From assembly GCF_008831285.2 (NCBI RefSeq), contig NC_045138.2:34596001-34660000 (forward strand): 64,000 nucleotides of DNA, written 5' to 3'. Shown one piece after another: positions 12,690-25,700 of the stretch. The stretch's first letter is position 1. Each line of letters begins with the position of its first letter. The notes under the pieces are model-generated. The model worked only from the letters and a program-made list of their open reading frames with translations. It was not told the origin of the DNA and searched no databases. The stretch comes from Nymphaea colorata. Its lineage: Eukaryota. A program made the position numbers and the translations under genes.

Positions 12690-13090
12690 TGTCACGGGCT
12701 GACAACTTCGGCCCGTGCGGCGCGGCAAGAACCTGATTGCCGCAAGCCTTCAAACCACCGAACGGGGCGCAAAAGTAGTTTGAGAAAACAAGTGTATAAA
12801 GAATGCTTGTGAATAAAGAAATCTCGCAATGTATTCGCTTGAAGAATTAGTACATCACGAGAAAGATAAGTAAAGAGAATGATCTCGACTTTACTTATGT
12901 AGGATGGCCGAGGCCGCTTACAGGATTCTCATGCCGACCACCCAAAACAAGAAATCCCAATACTTGACACTTAGACCGGTGGGAGGGTACTCCCTTACAA
13001 GTAAACATGCATAAGCAAATGACTCAACATAAGCAAAGGAAGCACAATGCAAAACAAAGGAAAGGACAGACTCCCAGGCACAGGAAAACA
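12690..13090 (-). repeat. 5' LTR
   Basis: tgtcacgggctgac...caggaaaaca; adjacent to the PBS. Confidence 0.95.
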
Positions 13091-13669
13091 TGCACAATGC
13101 CTTTCAAAATTTTTATGAAACTATGCTGCCAAATTTGGTCTTTAGGCTTTTCAAGTTGTAAATAATCTAATCACAAGGTTGTGCCCCGAGCTCACAATCA
13201 AGTCCTACCTTACTAGGGAGGTAAATTACACAAAATTTCTAAATTGATGTTTATGGGACGTTATGATATTGTCCGATTGACGCACAAAGAAGAAAAAGAA
13301 CGCCTGACACTTGGTCACTGGATTTATTTATCATGAAAGTTATATACAGTAATAGTCGAATAGAATTCCCAAGGACAGTTACAGTACTGCAACCAATAGG
13401 AACTCGAGATATATAAAAAGCATAAGAAGCTGCACAACGCAACAGAAGAAAACCAATATGAACAACACGGTACTAGGTTCATCACGAGCATCCCAAACTC
13501 ATCATCATCTTGTCATCGACCGACCGCTCGACCGTGGTGGTGGATGTTTCAAACGAAAGTAGAGAAATAAGAAGAACAGAAAACGGAAAGCGATCAAGCG
13601 AAATAAAACCGGTTCCAGTGACCACTCCCGGAAAAGAAATTAAATTGAAGAACAGTTTTCGGTGACCAA

Positions 13670-14254
13670 TCAATATCCCCATCGAATATGGATCGAGCAA
13701 ATTAAGTTGATGTACGATTGCAGACCACCATTGAAGCGAAGAACAAGACGAAGGGTCATGGCTTCCTTTTGGACGTTACAATCATCGAGGGCGTGACCAT
13801 ATCGGAGGTGTGTGCCATTGACGGCGAGATTTTGATCTCGTGGTGCAACTCCAGTTTCGGCGTTGATCTTGACGTTCACTCTCTCAACCGTCTCCGGCCG
13901 TTCCACCCACCAGGCGATGGTCTTGCCATCAGGGTCGCTCACGATGACCGGCGTGCTACCACCGCTCCGTGGGAGCTCCAGACATTGGAGGGTGGACTTC
14001 TCCTGAACGTCGTAGGGGGCGGGGGTGTGCCCGTCCTCCAGCTGCTTACCGGCGAAACTCAGCCGCTGCTCGTGCTGAGGAATGACCTGATCATCCGTCT
14101 TCTCCTGGATCTTGGCCTTCACATCTACTATGATTGTACAATCCGAGCTTTTCACCTCTAAAGTGATTGTCCTGTTGGAGAGATTAATCATGAGGAAGAA
14201 GCGCGTGGCTCTTCTCCGGCCCCTCCCGCCCGAGCGAAAGCACCACCACCTCAT
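13670..14254 (-). pseudogene. Degenerate polyubiquitin-like ORF (two ubiquitin repeats)
   Basis: RTITLEVKSSD..DVKAKIQEK..IPQHEQRLSFAGKQLEDG..STLQ..RSGG, then a second unit ending TLRLVLRFNGG. Many substitutions and indels versus the nearly invariant ubiquitin. The ORF is open, so it could still be expressed; start uncertain. Confidence 0.7.
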
Positions 14255-15267
14255 GAGAAACGGCTGCCGCTGTGATAAGGAATGTTGATGAGCAAGGGAA
14301 AATTAATGATAAGGAAGGACAAAAGTAAAGGATGAGGAAGAAGAAAAAAAGAAAGATATATTACAATGTCCGAGGACCCACACGTAAATTTCGTCCACAG
14401 TCCCACACGCAAATTTTTTGACTTTGTCAAAAAAAAAAAAAAAAAAAGGAAAGGAAGGAAGGGAGGTTATTATGGATTGGGTAATGGTGGCGGGCCAGTC
14501 TTGTAGAATATATTTTTGAGTGAACATAGAAATTCCAATGTCATGTCATCCGGCCTCAAATACATTTATTTCTTTTGAAGCAACGAGGCATGCACGAAGA
14601 TGCCTGATGGGTTGGAAGATAAGTAGAGGGAGGCGACCGGGCATTTGATTTGAAGGACATCATTTGTTCGGTTGATGAAACTAAGGACCCAGGCTGTCAT
14701 TAATCAATCAATGCTGTTTTGGATGATGACATAGATGCCCTTAAATGTTGTTTTGGCCCTTTTCCCTCATTTTAAAATGACGTGCGAGTGAATTGATTGT
14801 GTGAAAAAATCACAGATGTTCGCAACCAAGCAGAGCATGTTGAGTCTGTGATTCCTACCTACCTAACTTTTTGCCAAATGAATCTGATTCATTGATTAGA
14901 TGGGACCTCGTCAACACATCGGATTAGTCAAATTTCCCAAAAGCTCGACCTTGGAGACCCCGAGAGCTTAACGAACGAACGATCGACCACTATCAATAAC
15001 AGACGGCGACGCGTTCCAATGAGGTCCGGCAAGGGCTTAGCCAACCACCCCCGTCAGACTGAGTCTACGTCCTGTAAGACCTTCAGTTCATTCCTTCGAT
15101 GAGATCGATGCGTTTGACTACGCCTTCCGATCGATCGAGAGGCATATTGTGGGGGATCGAACGTCAATCGTAAAAGCGGGAAGACGGCAAAGTGGAACAT
15201 GGAAGCTAAATGAATCAGCTATTTCTATCACCTACTTTAGTTTTTCAAATACAGATTTTTTTATAAA

Positions 15268-15322
15268 GGAAGAAGAAGAAGAGGAGGAGGAGGAGGAGGA
15301 GGAGGAAGAAGAAGAAGAAGAA
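15268..15322. repeat. (GAA/GAG)n microsatellite
   Basis: Compound trinucleotide run. Confidence 0.9.
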
Positions 15323-15384
15323 GCCAGGGTAAAATCTCCATCTATCTACCAAAAAGAACCTGGGGTCCTTTGTAAATCAATGGT

Positions 15385-16077
15385 CTACATTCCACCACTG
15401 ACACTGCCCTTGAAAACGGAGAGAGTGTCTCCATCCTGAACCCTATGCCAACGCAGCGTTCGGTTGTCGTACATGACGTCGTGGTTGTAAACGAAGAAAT
15501 GGTCGTTGGGTGCGATGCCCTTCTCTTCCAGCTTCATCTTCAGGTCGTGAACCGTGCTCGACGAATTGACGTCCACCGGAATCTTCACTCCTCCCTTTGA
15601 CGTCTCGACCAACACCCTCATCATCTTTGTGGGCTTCAACACCACGCTGATCTCGGACTCGTCCGACACGCCATACTCGCCGAGGCACCGGTTGTCCTCC
15701 ATTTCCACGCCTGAGTGCGACGCCAACAGCCGGCCGGGCTGGACTCCCTCGTACTCCAGAATCTTCTCCTTCAAAAGGCCCACGGTGTCGGAGACATCGA
15801 CCTCCAGAGGGTACTGCCGGGTGGGCCTCTTCACCACGACCTGCACTTTCCGCCTCTCAGGCTCCAGGAGCACACGGATGAGGCAGCCCTCGTAGATCTC
15901 GTAGTGTTCCGCGTCGTGCTCGTCTTTTAGCACCTTGCCATTGTAGACGAGAGTCTGGCGGGCGATGGGGAAGCCATGCTTTCTCTCCACCCTCTCCTTC
16001 ATCTCATGCACCGTGTCAAAGAAGCCGATCTCGATCTTGTACTTGTTGTTGTTGCACACCTCAAACACCACCTCCAT
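15385..16077 (-). CDS. Intronless triple ubiquitin-like domain protein (plant 'IEIGFFDTV' UBL family)
   Basis: ATG at 16077 (MEVVFEV...KIEIGFFDTVHEMKER...RQTLVYNGKVLKD); three UBL repeats, the last HFFVYNHDVMYDNRTLRWHRVQDGDTLSVFKGSVSGGM. GC-rich codons, 230 aa. Confidence 0.85.
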   Translation of the reverse strand: MEVVFEVCNNNKYKIEIGFFDTVHEMKERVERKHGFPIARQTLVYNGKVLKDEHDAEHYEIYEGCLIRVLLEPERRKVQVVVKRPTRQYPLEVDVSDTVGLLKEKILEYEGVQPGRLLASHSGVEMEDNRCLGEYGVSDESEISVVLKPTKMMRVLVETSKGGVKIPVDVNSSSTVHDLKMKLEEKGIAPNDHFFVYNHDVMYDNRTLRWHRVQDGDTLSVFKGSVSGGM

Positions 16078-17725
16078 TACTTCACCCTTCACACAGCATC
16101 AACATGGCAGGGGGGAAATTGATGCCAAATATGTGCAAGAAGACCAACGGTTGCAATATGTTACTGCACGGTACTCTTGATGATATTATTGCCGCGCGCG
16201 CGAAGGATGCAACTACTTTGGAGAGGGAGGGAGGGCGAGAAACAAAGCGGCAGTAAGCAATCAAAAGATCTCTTGCTGTCAATCGTTTTTAGCTGTACCT
16301 ACCCTCCTAAAATGCAGGCATCCTATCGCCTTTCCTCCCCACTATCCTCGCAGAACCGTTCCTCTCAAAAGCTGATGACGAGTTGTTAAATGACCACTGG
16401 AAGTGGGTTGAATTCGTCTATTCGGCGCGGAGATCTGCCTGTGGTCATCATCATCACCAAGTAGAGTCTCCGAGTCACTTCGACCCTCTCTCCCCGGAAC
16501 CAGTCCACCCCAAATTACCCATTACTTCAGTGTCATGTGAAATCTAATCTGGGATGAAGTTTTCAACTTAGTGAACCAAATAGTTCATCTATTTGTTTTA
16601 CATCAATGGCCTGTTTGATGAGCCCTCAAATTTATCTTCTCAGGAAAAAATTCATCTTTGTTGTGCAGTCAACCATCAAACACGGGCAAGTTTACCACGG
16701 TATACTGCATTCACCGGCCTTCCAATCCTATTTGGAAGAATGCATGAAGAAGGGATCTGGGTAGTCCAGGGAGTAAAACCACCACTTGAGCAATTTTGAA
16801 CTATGGATCTAGCAAGATAGTTAAAAATATCCTCCATAGAAATTAATGAAGGCTAGTTGGTGCGACCTTAAGTTACGGGACCTAAATGGCACAACTCTTC
16901 AAAAACACCTTAAAACCACAAAAGAAAAGCTTCAATAAAACATTCGAGAGAGATGATCCAGTGCAAAGTCGAATATTGGAGATGGGTGCAACATCATTGC
17001 TACACCAAAGACTCCACCATTACAGTCTTAAAGCCAACTTGTATATACAGTTTTAGATCATCAGTCTACTTTGATACGTAGATGAAATTGCGCAATAATC
17101 AGGAAATTGAACAATTTAGTTGCACAAAAAACTACGTATTCATATTAGAATTTCAATTGCTTCGAGTCCTTTTTCTTTCCAAAATTTGACCCCGATGAAC
17201 ATGAACGTTGACGAACATGCTCTGGAAAAATAAATGGGATATTTCTGCATCAGTTCCTCGCTCGTGTAAGATCGTTTTAGTTTATGAAATATAGTTTTAA
17301 CTTACGAAAGTTCCGTAATCTGAACGCCCGGCTTCTTTTCGAGACTCTTCTTTGTATTGCTGAAACTTCCAATGCTACAGAATCAAGGGAGGTTGAACCT
17401 TCATCCTGATTAGCAAACACTTTAAGACGACAGGAAGCAGCACACGAAGGCACGAATGGCAGATGCAAAGGCACGCACAAACACGAAGCATAGCATGAAT
17501 ACAGTCCTGAAGTTTTAACGCACGGAGCTACTCCAGACAGTAAGATACACGCAGACAAAAAGATATCGGGCATTAAAGCGCTTCTTGCCCACATGCACAG
17601 GGCTCATAAGGCATCATTACCAAGCCATTGCCATGAACAGGTGCATTGTATGAAGGAATCGGCTTTTCAAACTAGCTGTGCATGTTGATGGCCGCTGATA
17701 TATAGCCGGGCTCGGACGAAGTGAC

Positions 17726-18427
17726 TTAACCTTGGAAGATGGTTAACACGTGCCCTTCTTCGACTCCATGCCATTCAAGTGTCTTCTTGTCGGACATGGG
17801 ACTTTGGTTGTGAACAAGGAAGTGTTCGTCGGCCGGAATTCCCAGAGCTTGAAGCTTCTCCTTCAAACCACTAACTGTGTCGGTGGATTTCACTTCGACA
17901 TACACCTCCTTATTAGTCCTTGCTTGTTCCACTATTATATTCACGGTGCTATGTCTTTTCGGAGATAAAGGCTTAGCCGGCTTGATCAGGACATCCATCC
18001 GAGATTGATCGGAGTCGCCATACTCGCCCAGAGTGAGCACTGGATCCGAAAGTTTCCTATTCTGATGCAGAAGAAGAAGCCTGTTAGCCGGCACTCCGAT
18101 TCGCTCGTGAATTCCCTCCTTCAAGAAGTTGACGGTGTTTGATTTGTCGAATTTGAGGAAGATCAGGTCCTCTAATCCTTTGACGTGCACCTGAAGCTTC
18201 CCGGCTTCGGGCTTGACGAGAACGTCCACGCAGCAACCTTCCCACAGCCCATACGGTTGAACATCCTTCTCATCATCCATAACTGTGTTGTTGAAGAGAA
18301 CGCTCTGTTGCTTGACAGGAATGCCGGAACATTTTTCCAGCCTTTCTTTTATGTCCAGAACTGTGTCAAAGAAGCCAACCTCGATCCTGTATTTACTTCC
18401 ATTGCTCAGCTAGAAATCGACTTCCAT
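17726..18427 (-). pseudogene. Paralog of the triple-UBL gene with a nonsense codon at codon 6
   Basis: ATG 18427 reads MEVDF*LSNGSKYRIEVGFFDTVLDIKERLEK..., in frame with the 184-aa ORF starting at 18280; TAG at 18410-18412. The terminal FQG*VTSS aligns with FKGSVSGG of the paralog. Confidence 0.8.
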
Positions 18428-19417
18428 TGCCTTGTTTACACTACTACTATATTCAGGAGTAATGATCCAATGTTATAAGCCTCTGTCTCTCTGCACCAAG
18501 TCTATTGATCCATACAGAACAACAGGAATTTCACGACTATATATTCTGTTGCAGAAAACCAACAAACCACCACGAGTTTCTTATATTTTTAATGGGCGGG
18601 AATTCTATAATGATTAGTCCTCTTACATGGTGTTTTGTTAATTACATTCATTAATGAAGCAGTGATAACTTACATGAGTTGCAGAAGAAATACCACCAAT
18701 TTTAGCACTAATACTGCACGATTACTCAGCTTATTGACGAGAGAACGTAGCTCTTGAGTGTTTAGAAATTCGATTTGCAGAGGCAGTCGACTGAGCACCC
18801 AAAAAATGAGTAACAAACTTCTGACACTTCTGGAAACAGTTAAGAGATCATTACCTCACGTTTTCAAAATGCATGGGGGAGCATGCATCAAGCATCTGAG
18901 TTTCGGATCAATGTACTTTTGGGACATGAGATAGAAAGCCTTTGAAAGAACAATAAAAGAAAATACGAGAAGCAGTAAAATTAAATACAACACTAAAACG
19001 TCCATCTCGATCGGAGGTTGATTAATTGGAGTTGTTGGAATGGGATTCGGTAGAGCAGCAGCCACATCTGCATCCGATGTGAACTTAAAATGCTGCCGAA
19101 TCCAGTTACCCGAAATCAAGTATCCGATTACAACGGAACCACCGGGCTACCTGTTTCCTTATCCCGACCCGCTCTACGGTTTCTCAGATGAAGATGGACT
19201 CGATTCTTCTGGAGCACTACGGATTCAAACCGATCAGATTCGGAACATACTCGATCTTGGTCTCCAACCGGAGCCGAGCCCCGAGTTTTGACTGCAGAAT
19301 TCGAATCCGACTAAACCGGGCCCTTGAGAATTCTCTGCTACTTGATGCCGTTACTTTGAGTTGAGGGGTGCGGGCAGCGTCAGGTTTGGCTCGCCGTCTG
19401 AGTTCGGGCGGAGATCC

Positions 19418-21835
19418 ATGGCCTCGTTGCTCTCCTGCTTCGCCATCTCCGCTCTCTTCATTTCCCTTCTCCCTTCTGCCCAATCCATCTACTGCGACGA
19501 GGATGATTGCTACGACCTCCTCGGGTATCGATTTACTCTTCGTGAATGGAAATTTCTTCCACCTTCGATTTTGCATAATCTCTTACCTGCTCTGTTTTTT
19601 ATCCGACTCTAGCGTGACGCAGAGTGCGAGTGCTTCTGAAATCAAGAAGGCTTACTACAAGCTCTCTCTGAAATAGTAAAATTTCTGCCCCCGTTCCTCT
19701 GTTTTCTATTCTCTGTTCCTGTTGTTCTTTAGATTTTTCCGTGATTATATTCTTATTCTTCTTCTTTTTTCCAAACATATTTTGGATTGATAAGTCATCC
19801 TGATAAGAATCCAGATCCGGAGTCGAGGAAGAAGTTTATCAAAATCGCCAATGCTTATGAGGTAATTCTGTGGAGTCTACATCAAATTCAGATTCTTATA
19901 TACTCATCTCCATCATTATTGCTGAAATGCTTTTCTTATTTACTATGTTGCTTATGTTTAGTTCTCTTACATGGTGTCTTATGTTAGTGCCCAATTCCTT
20001 GTGGTCGTTTGCTTTGATTTGATTGCCTAGCGGGGAATCTGTTGCTCAATATTTGATGAAAGTTCTTAACTTGTGCAGATTTTGAAGGACGACACCACCA
20101 GAGAGCAGTATGATTATGCTATCGCACACCCCGAGGAGGTACGCCAAAATGTCATTTTCTTCAGTTTGGAAGTGTTTCTATAACAACGAGACATTATATA
20201 ATTAGTCGAAAAGTTTTCTTTTTTTTTCCATTCTGATTTTCGCCATGCTGATAGCATTTTTGTTCTTAGTTCTTGTTTTTCCATTTCATGATTTTCATAT
20301 TTCTTTCCTATGTGTAGTTCCTGAATCTGGTTTAGATTTTGCGGTTTTTAACTACCCGGCACATATCTCCCCTTGGTAAGTGCCATGGATTTTGGCCCCA
20401 TAGGTGGGTCAGCTGGCTCTTTACTTAGGACTATGGATGCCTGGTCAAAAAATCATTGCAGTCAGTTATTTTTCACTGCATCTAGGTAAAAGCTGGTCTC
20501 TAACTCTTGGTTCTCATCAAAATCACCTGACAGTGCAAACAAAAGACTTCTCAGTTGTTTCCGATTTATTCACATTAGTGCCAAAAAAAAAAAACTCAAC
20601 ATGATTTTAGGTTTATCTTAAACAGTGGTTGTTTACTAGTTTTCTGGTCATAAACAATTAATGCGATTTTACATTGATGTTCTTGCTGCAGGTGTTCTAC
20701 AATACAGCACGTTATTATCGGGCATACTATGGGCACAAGACAGTGAGACTCGACATGAACCTCTTTGACTGTCTTTCTTTGTACTCAAATAATTGAAATT
20801 TTATTTCTGGGCTCTCTAAGACAATACAGAAAGTTTCTGAAACCTATTTTTCCTGGGCAGGATCTGCGGGCAATTTTAATTGGTCTTCTATTAGTTCTTT
20901 CAGCGTTTCAATACCTGAATGGATGGTCGAGGTACAAGCAGGTACTAAGATGTTTGAAAATAGAGTGACTCTGTTATGTGAATTAATGACTTTAGAGATC
21001 ATGTCTTCAGCTTTTCCAGCTACCTTCTGTTTCTGTTGGGAACTGCAGATGCTTTATTTGACTTTGCTCACAGACCTTTCTTTATGCATTGAGAGTATAA
21101 AATAATAAGCTTATATTGATATATAGCCATAAAAGGTTAACGCACCATGGAATTGGATTTATCACCTAATGCTTGTCTCTGTTGAGCCTGCAAAAATTCT
21201 AAAACTTTTTGGTGTCAGAGACCATCTGCGGGAGAGGTTTATGTGAATTCTAGTATGTAGGAATATAATATTGATTATTGACCAATGAAGGGTTCAGTTT
21301 TGTTAATCATATACATGCAAGTAGCTTGGTGGACTTCTGAGCTGTATACATTGTATTAAGCACTAAGAGACTGCTATAACTTTTTTCCTTTACGTTGCAT
21401 GCATTCTGAACCATTACTCCAAGAAATATTCATATGTCAATTTTTTTGGTTAGATAGAACACAACAGAACAGAGAAAGTATTTCCTAGAACAGGGTAATC
21501 ATCATTTACTAAAACAAAGTAATGGTTGAACTTTAAAGTATATTGCACAGTTTCTGGTGTTTCAGTTTGCTTTTCTTTGGTATCCACTAACATGCTATGG
21601 GAGCTATATTTCTTCTTTTTGCAGGTAAAATAATATTGTTTTTTTCTTTCTTTTACTGCTGGCGCAGGCTGTTGCGATGGTGAAGCAAACTCCAGCTTAT
21701 AAAAATAAGCTCCGTGCTCTGGAACTTGAGCGTAATGGAGGATTATCAAACAAGAAAAAGGGTTTTAAACAGATAAACAAGTAAGAAAAATTTGTTATCT
21801 GTAATAATGCAAACAGAAAAACTAAAATTTATCGG

Positions 21836-21871
<36 letters not shown>

Positions 21872-22657
21872 TTCCCCTTTCATTTTACCCATCCATATTA
21901 GTTATCTACTCTCCTTGTGTTGCCACCAGTTAAGACTGTCATTTGACTTGTTATTTTCCTTTGCTGTTGATTTTTTGTTGCTATAAGCTGCTAGTAGACT
22001 GATATTATTAATGCTGGTCCCTGAAACGAGAGAGATAGAGGTTAGAAATCTCAAGGACAAGAAGCTTACTCCTTCCTGTCCATTCATCAACAGACAGAAT
22101 TTACTTCTCCAGATAATCATGTATAGGGGTGTGCAACATGAGCTGGTTCAGCATGTCAACTTAACATGCTAAAATGTATGGGTTTGGGCTACCCCATTAT
22201 CAGAAGGCCAGACCATTGCCCACAATCAGGGCCCAAGGGTCTGACAAGGGCAGCCTATGACGATATGTAGACTGTATGCTTGCTACAAAGTCCAAATGAC
22301 TATGAACTAATATTAGCTGAAGAAATGTATTTCTTTCTTCCTTTTTAAATCATTTCCATATGTTTTAATTTTTAAAATTGTTTAGATCAGCTTTTGAATC
22401 ATCAGGGTCGTACATGTTTTAGGCTTTGTTGTTGGTCCAAAATCAATGACTGAAAACGTTTTGTTCTTGTAGGCTCAGAAAATATATTCTTTTGTTTGAA
22501 GAAAAGGTTTAAAAGTTGGTTGGCCTATAGGATTCAAATTATCTCAAATGTACCTATGCCATCAGGTGAATTCACACAGCTTGGATTGTGCCTTCTCGTG
22601 CTACTTTGTGTGTATGATTCTTTAGAATAAACCTATACCTATTATCTGTGCATGTAG

Positions 22658-22714
<57 letters not shown>

Positions 22715-25700
22715 CATATGGGGGAACGTATAGTTTAGGGGCAACAACCAGATAGCTTAAAATAGATTATTGATGTCCTTCTTGTGTAATCTAACATTAT
22801 AAATATGATCTTCAGAGTGATTTGATAGGAAAATATAAACGACTTTTTTGTGTTTCAATTTTTCAAATATGTTATTTTTATTATAAAAAATTAATAGCTC
22901 GTAAAACACTGCAATTTTGATAGTAGAAGAATCAATATTTTTTTACAAAAGTAGCTTGACTAATAACATATTGTGCACTAATTCAGCAATCACAAACATG
23001 TTAGCATGTTGATTTTCTGTTTTAATTTTCCTTTTTAGTAAGAATTATGTGGTCTGCTTCTTGTTCTTGTCCTAAATATGATACACTGGTTTGGCTGCTG
23101 CACGGGCATTGGGAGCTGCTTGGGTGTGGCATTCTTCACAGACAGAAGAAGAAGAAGAAGAAGAAGAAGAAAATGGAAGAGGGGAGGACCTGGCTTGTGG
23201 CAGTAGGAGGAGAGGCACAGGCACAGGCACAGCTGAATTAGGTTAAGGGTTTGGGATTTTATGCAATCAAGGACTTATATTTTTTTTTAAACTTTCCTTT
23301 GCAAAGCGAAACTCATTTTACAGTGTCTTTTTTAACATTTTGCTTTCTTACTTTTAAAGTCCTCTTTGATTACAGTAAGAGACTTACTTTATGGTTTATA
23401 AAGTGATTCTTTTGACTTCTAACTTTTTAATATATGTATACGCACATACATATACATATATATGTATACATGTTCATAGGAGGATTTAAATCTGCCGGAT
23501 GTTTGCATATGACTAAGTAACATTTCATTGTAACCATTTTTAAAAGCACCATAAACGATTGCTACATCATAAACTGTTAGTAATGTTCTTGTGGAGAAGG
23601 TTTTTTAGGACACATTTTAAAATTTTAGCCATCATGTAATAACCAGCATTCCATGTGTTTGAACACTCACTCGCACACTCACATATTTATATATATTCAA
23701 CCAAGTTTTTTTTAAGGAGCGTCACACTTGCAACCATGTGACATGGCTTCTTACAATTTAAGTCACATTTAATGAGAGAAAGTGGAGATCAATAACTAAG
23801 AAGTCAAAAATTTTTAGATTTGGTGGTAGATACTCTGTAATGCCCTCTGCCTATGTGTGCATGTGTGTTAGGCGGCTCTAAGGTAAAGATATCAGCTTAC
23901 TGTGGCCCGGGTGGACCAGCCCGTGGATTGACCATAGTTTATTAGTTAAAGCCTAATTTCCCATCAAGTCATCTACACAATTGAGAAACTACTTTTAATG
24001 TCCTCTGGTGGAGGATGCACCTGAAGTGGATGTTTCATTTCAGGGATTATAGCATGCAGACCATGGGTAAGGTTCCCTTGGCATGTTACATAAATGTTAT
24101 TTCTATGGTCTCTTCCCCTATGGTTCATGGCATGGTGACATATGTAGGCGATATTTTTAAAATATCAAGAATTTATTGCTAAAGCAAGATAAGTCATTTT
24201 AAAAGGAAAAACCTCACGTTATTTCAAAATATTGCAAAAAAGGAAACTTGCCGTGCTACCTTCGTGATGCTTTTCCCTTTTTATGAAATAGGTTCTTTAA
24301 TGTATTTTTAGTACATGTTTCCTTCTCTTGTTTGTTTTTGGGATTTTAAAAAGTATTTTGATTTTTATCAGCATATGTGCGAAAACTAATATAAAACTCT
24401 TAGTTTTAAAATTTATACTATTTTTCTTTAGATTTCTGAATTCTTGAGATTTTTCTAAGAATGAATAACTTTCTTGATAAAATTAATTGGCAAAAACCTT
24501 GCTGATGAAAACCTGAGAAGTATATTTTTTATTATGTTTTGTAGCTGTTTTTGCTTTCTATTGTTGTGTAGATGTTCTTTTATTGCTTTTATGTGTTTGT
24601 TTGTACACCCTCCTTTGTATGTAGAGACACTTGGTTATGGTGTAAAGGATTTGGAACAATTTAATTATTAGCCCTGTGATTTCAATATAAAAATGTGCTA
24701 TAACCACTCTTTTATGTCAGGAAAGTGGGAGAAGAGCTGAGTAATGAACTTGAGTTGCAGATTCAAGGTGCAGAGAAGCCCTGCATTTGGAAACTTATTG
24801 GCATTCGGTTTATCCTACTTCCTTACACTCTTGGCAAGGTACTAAACTAATTGAGTTACATTTCTAAACGGTAGCCTTTTCAATTTTTTGCAGTCTGTGT
24901 TTCAGCATTATGCACTGAAGACTTTGTGGTTAAAGCATTTCAAGTCTTAGAAATTGCAAGATTTGCTTGTTTTCTCAGCTTTTATTCTGGAGAGCTTGTT
25001 GGGCTTGGAGGTACCAGATCACAAGAGCTGCCTACTCCTGGGATGATGCTTGTTACTTGACCCGGACATGCCTCAAAATACCTCCAGATGTGTGGGGAAA
25101 CATGGGTACTTAACTACACTTTCACTTTTTTCGTTTCATTTTCAAGCTGGCGGTTTGTCAGCATAATAGTCAATCACTAATTAGTGGTACCTAATGTTGG
25201 TGTCCGCCTGTTGGTTTATAGTTTATACACAAAGAATTGGTCAGTTGGTTGTCGGGCTCTGTTTATGTATCTTCTCTTGTGGTGGTGAAACTCTTTGTTT
25301 ATGGATGGGGACTTTGCCCTTGTGAGGAAATGTGCTTATGGAAAACCTGATGGGAAGACGTCATGCTTAGCAAGCAAAAGGACAAATCAGTCTAAGAAAG
25401 AGTTGACAAAACTAAAGGCTGATGGGACCAAGGGTCTGTTCTAATGCATTTGAGGTTTGTCCATCCAATTTAGAAAATTTGAAAATGCAGGTCAATTCGC
25501 TCTCCTGCTGCATTAATTTTTACATGTTGAGCATGTATTCGAACACAAGAATTGTGCTTGTTTTCAAAAGAAAAAGTAGGAATTTGTGCTTTGGAACGTA
25601 AACTCAATCATTCTTGACCCATCCTTTTCATTAAAAACTCTAGCAGGAATGCATGTAAGCGTGGACGAGAAGGGGGGTTATTAATGGTTTGGTTTTGTGC

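Larger units (their letters stand above)
7593..13090 (-). mobile_element. Full-length Ty3/gypsy LTR retrotransposon, chromovirus (Galadriel-like), disabled
   Basis: Two ~400-bp TG...CA LTRs, tRNA-iMet PBS, PPT, gag-PR-RT-RH-IN-chromodomain order, and a 5-bp TSD tgcgc (7588-7592) / tgcac (13091-13095). The clade call is from recalled motif similarity. Confidence 0.97.

Noticed and set aside
12507..12728. N-terminal extension of the 573-aa ORF
   Set aside because: Starts at a non-ATG codon inside the LTR and runs through the PBS and a 27-bp tandem repeat; probably untranslated leader.
15149..15439. Poly-Glu ORF
   Set aside because: Translation of a GAA/GAG microsatellite behind the UBL stop.
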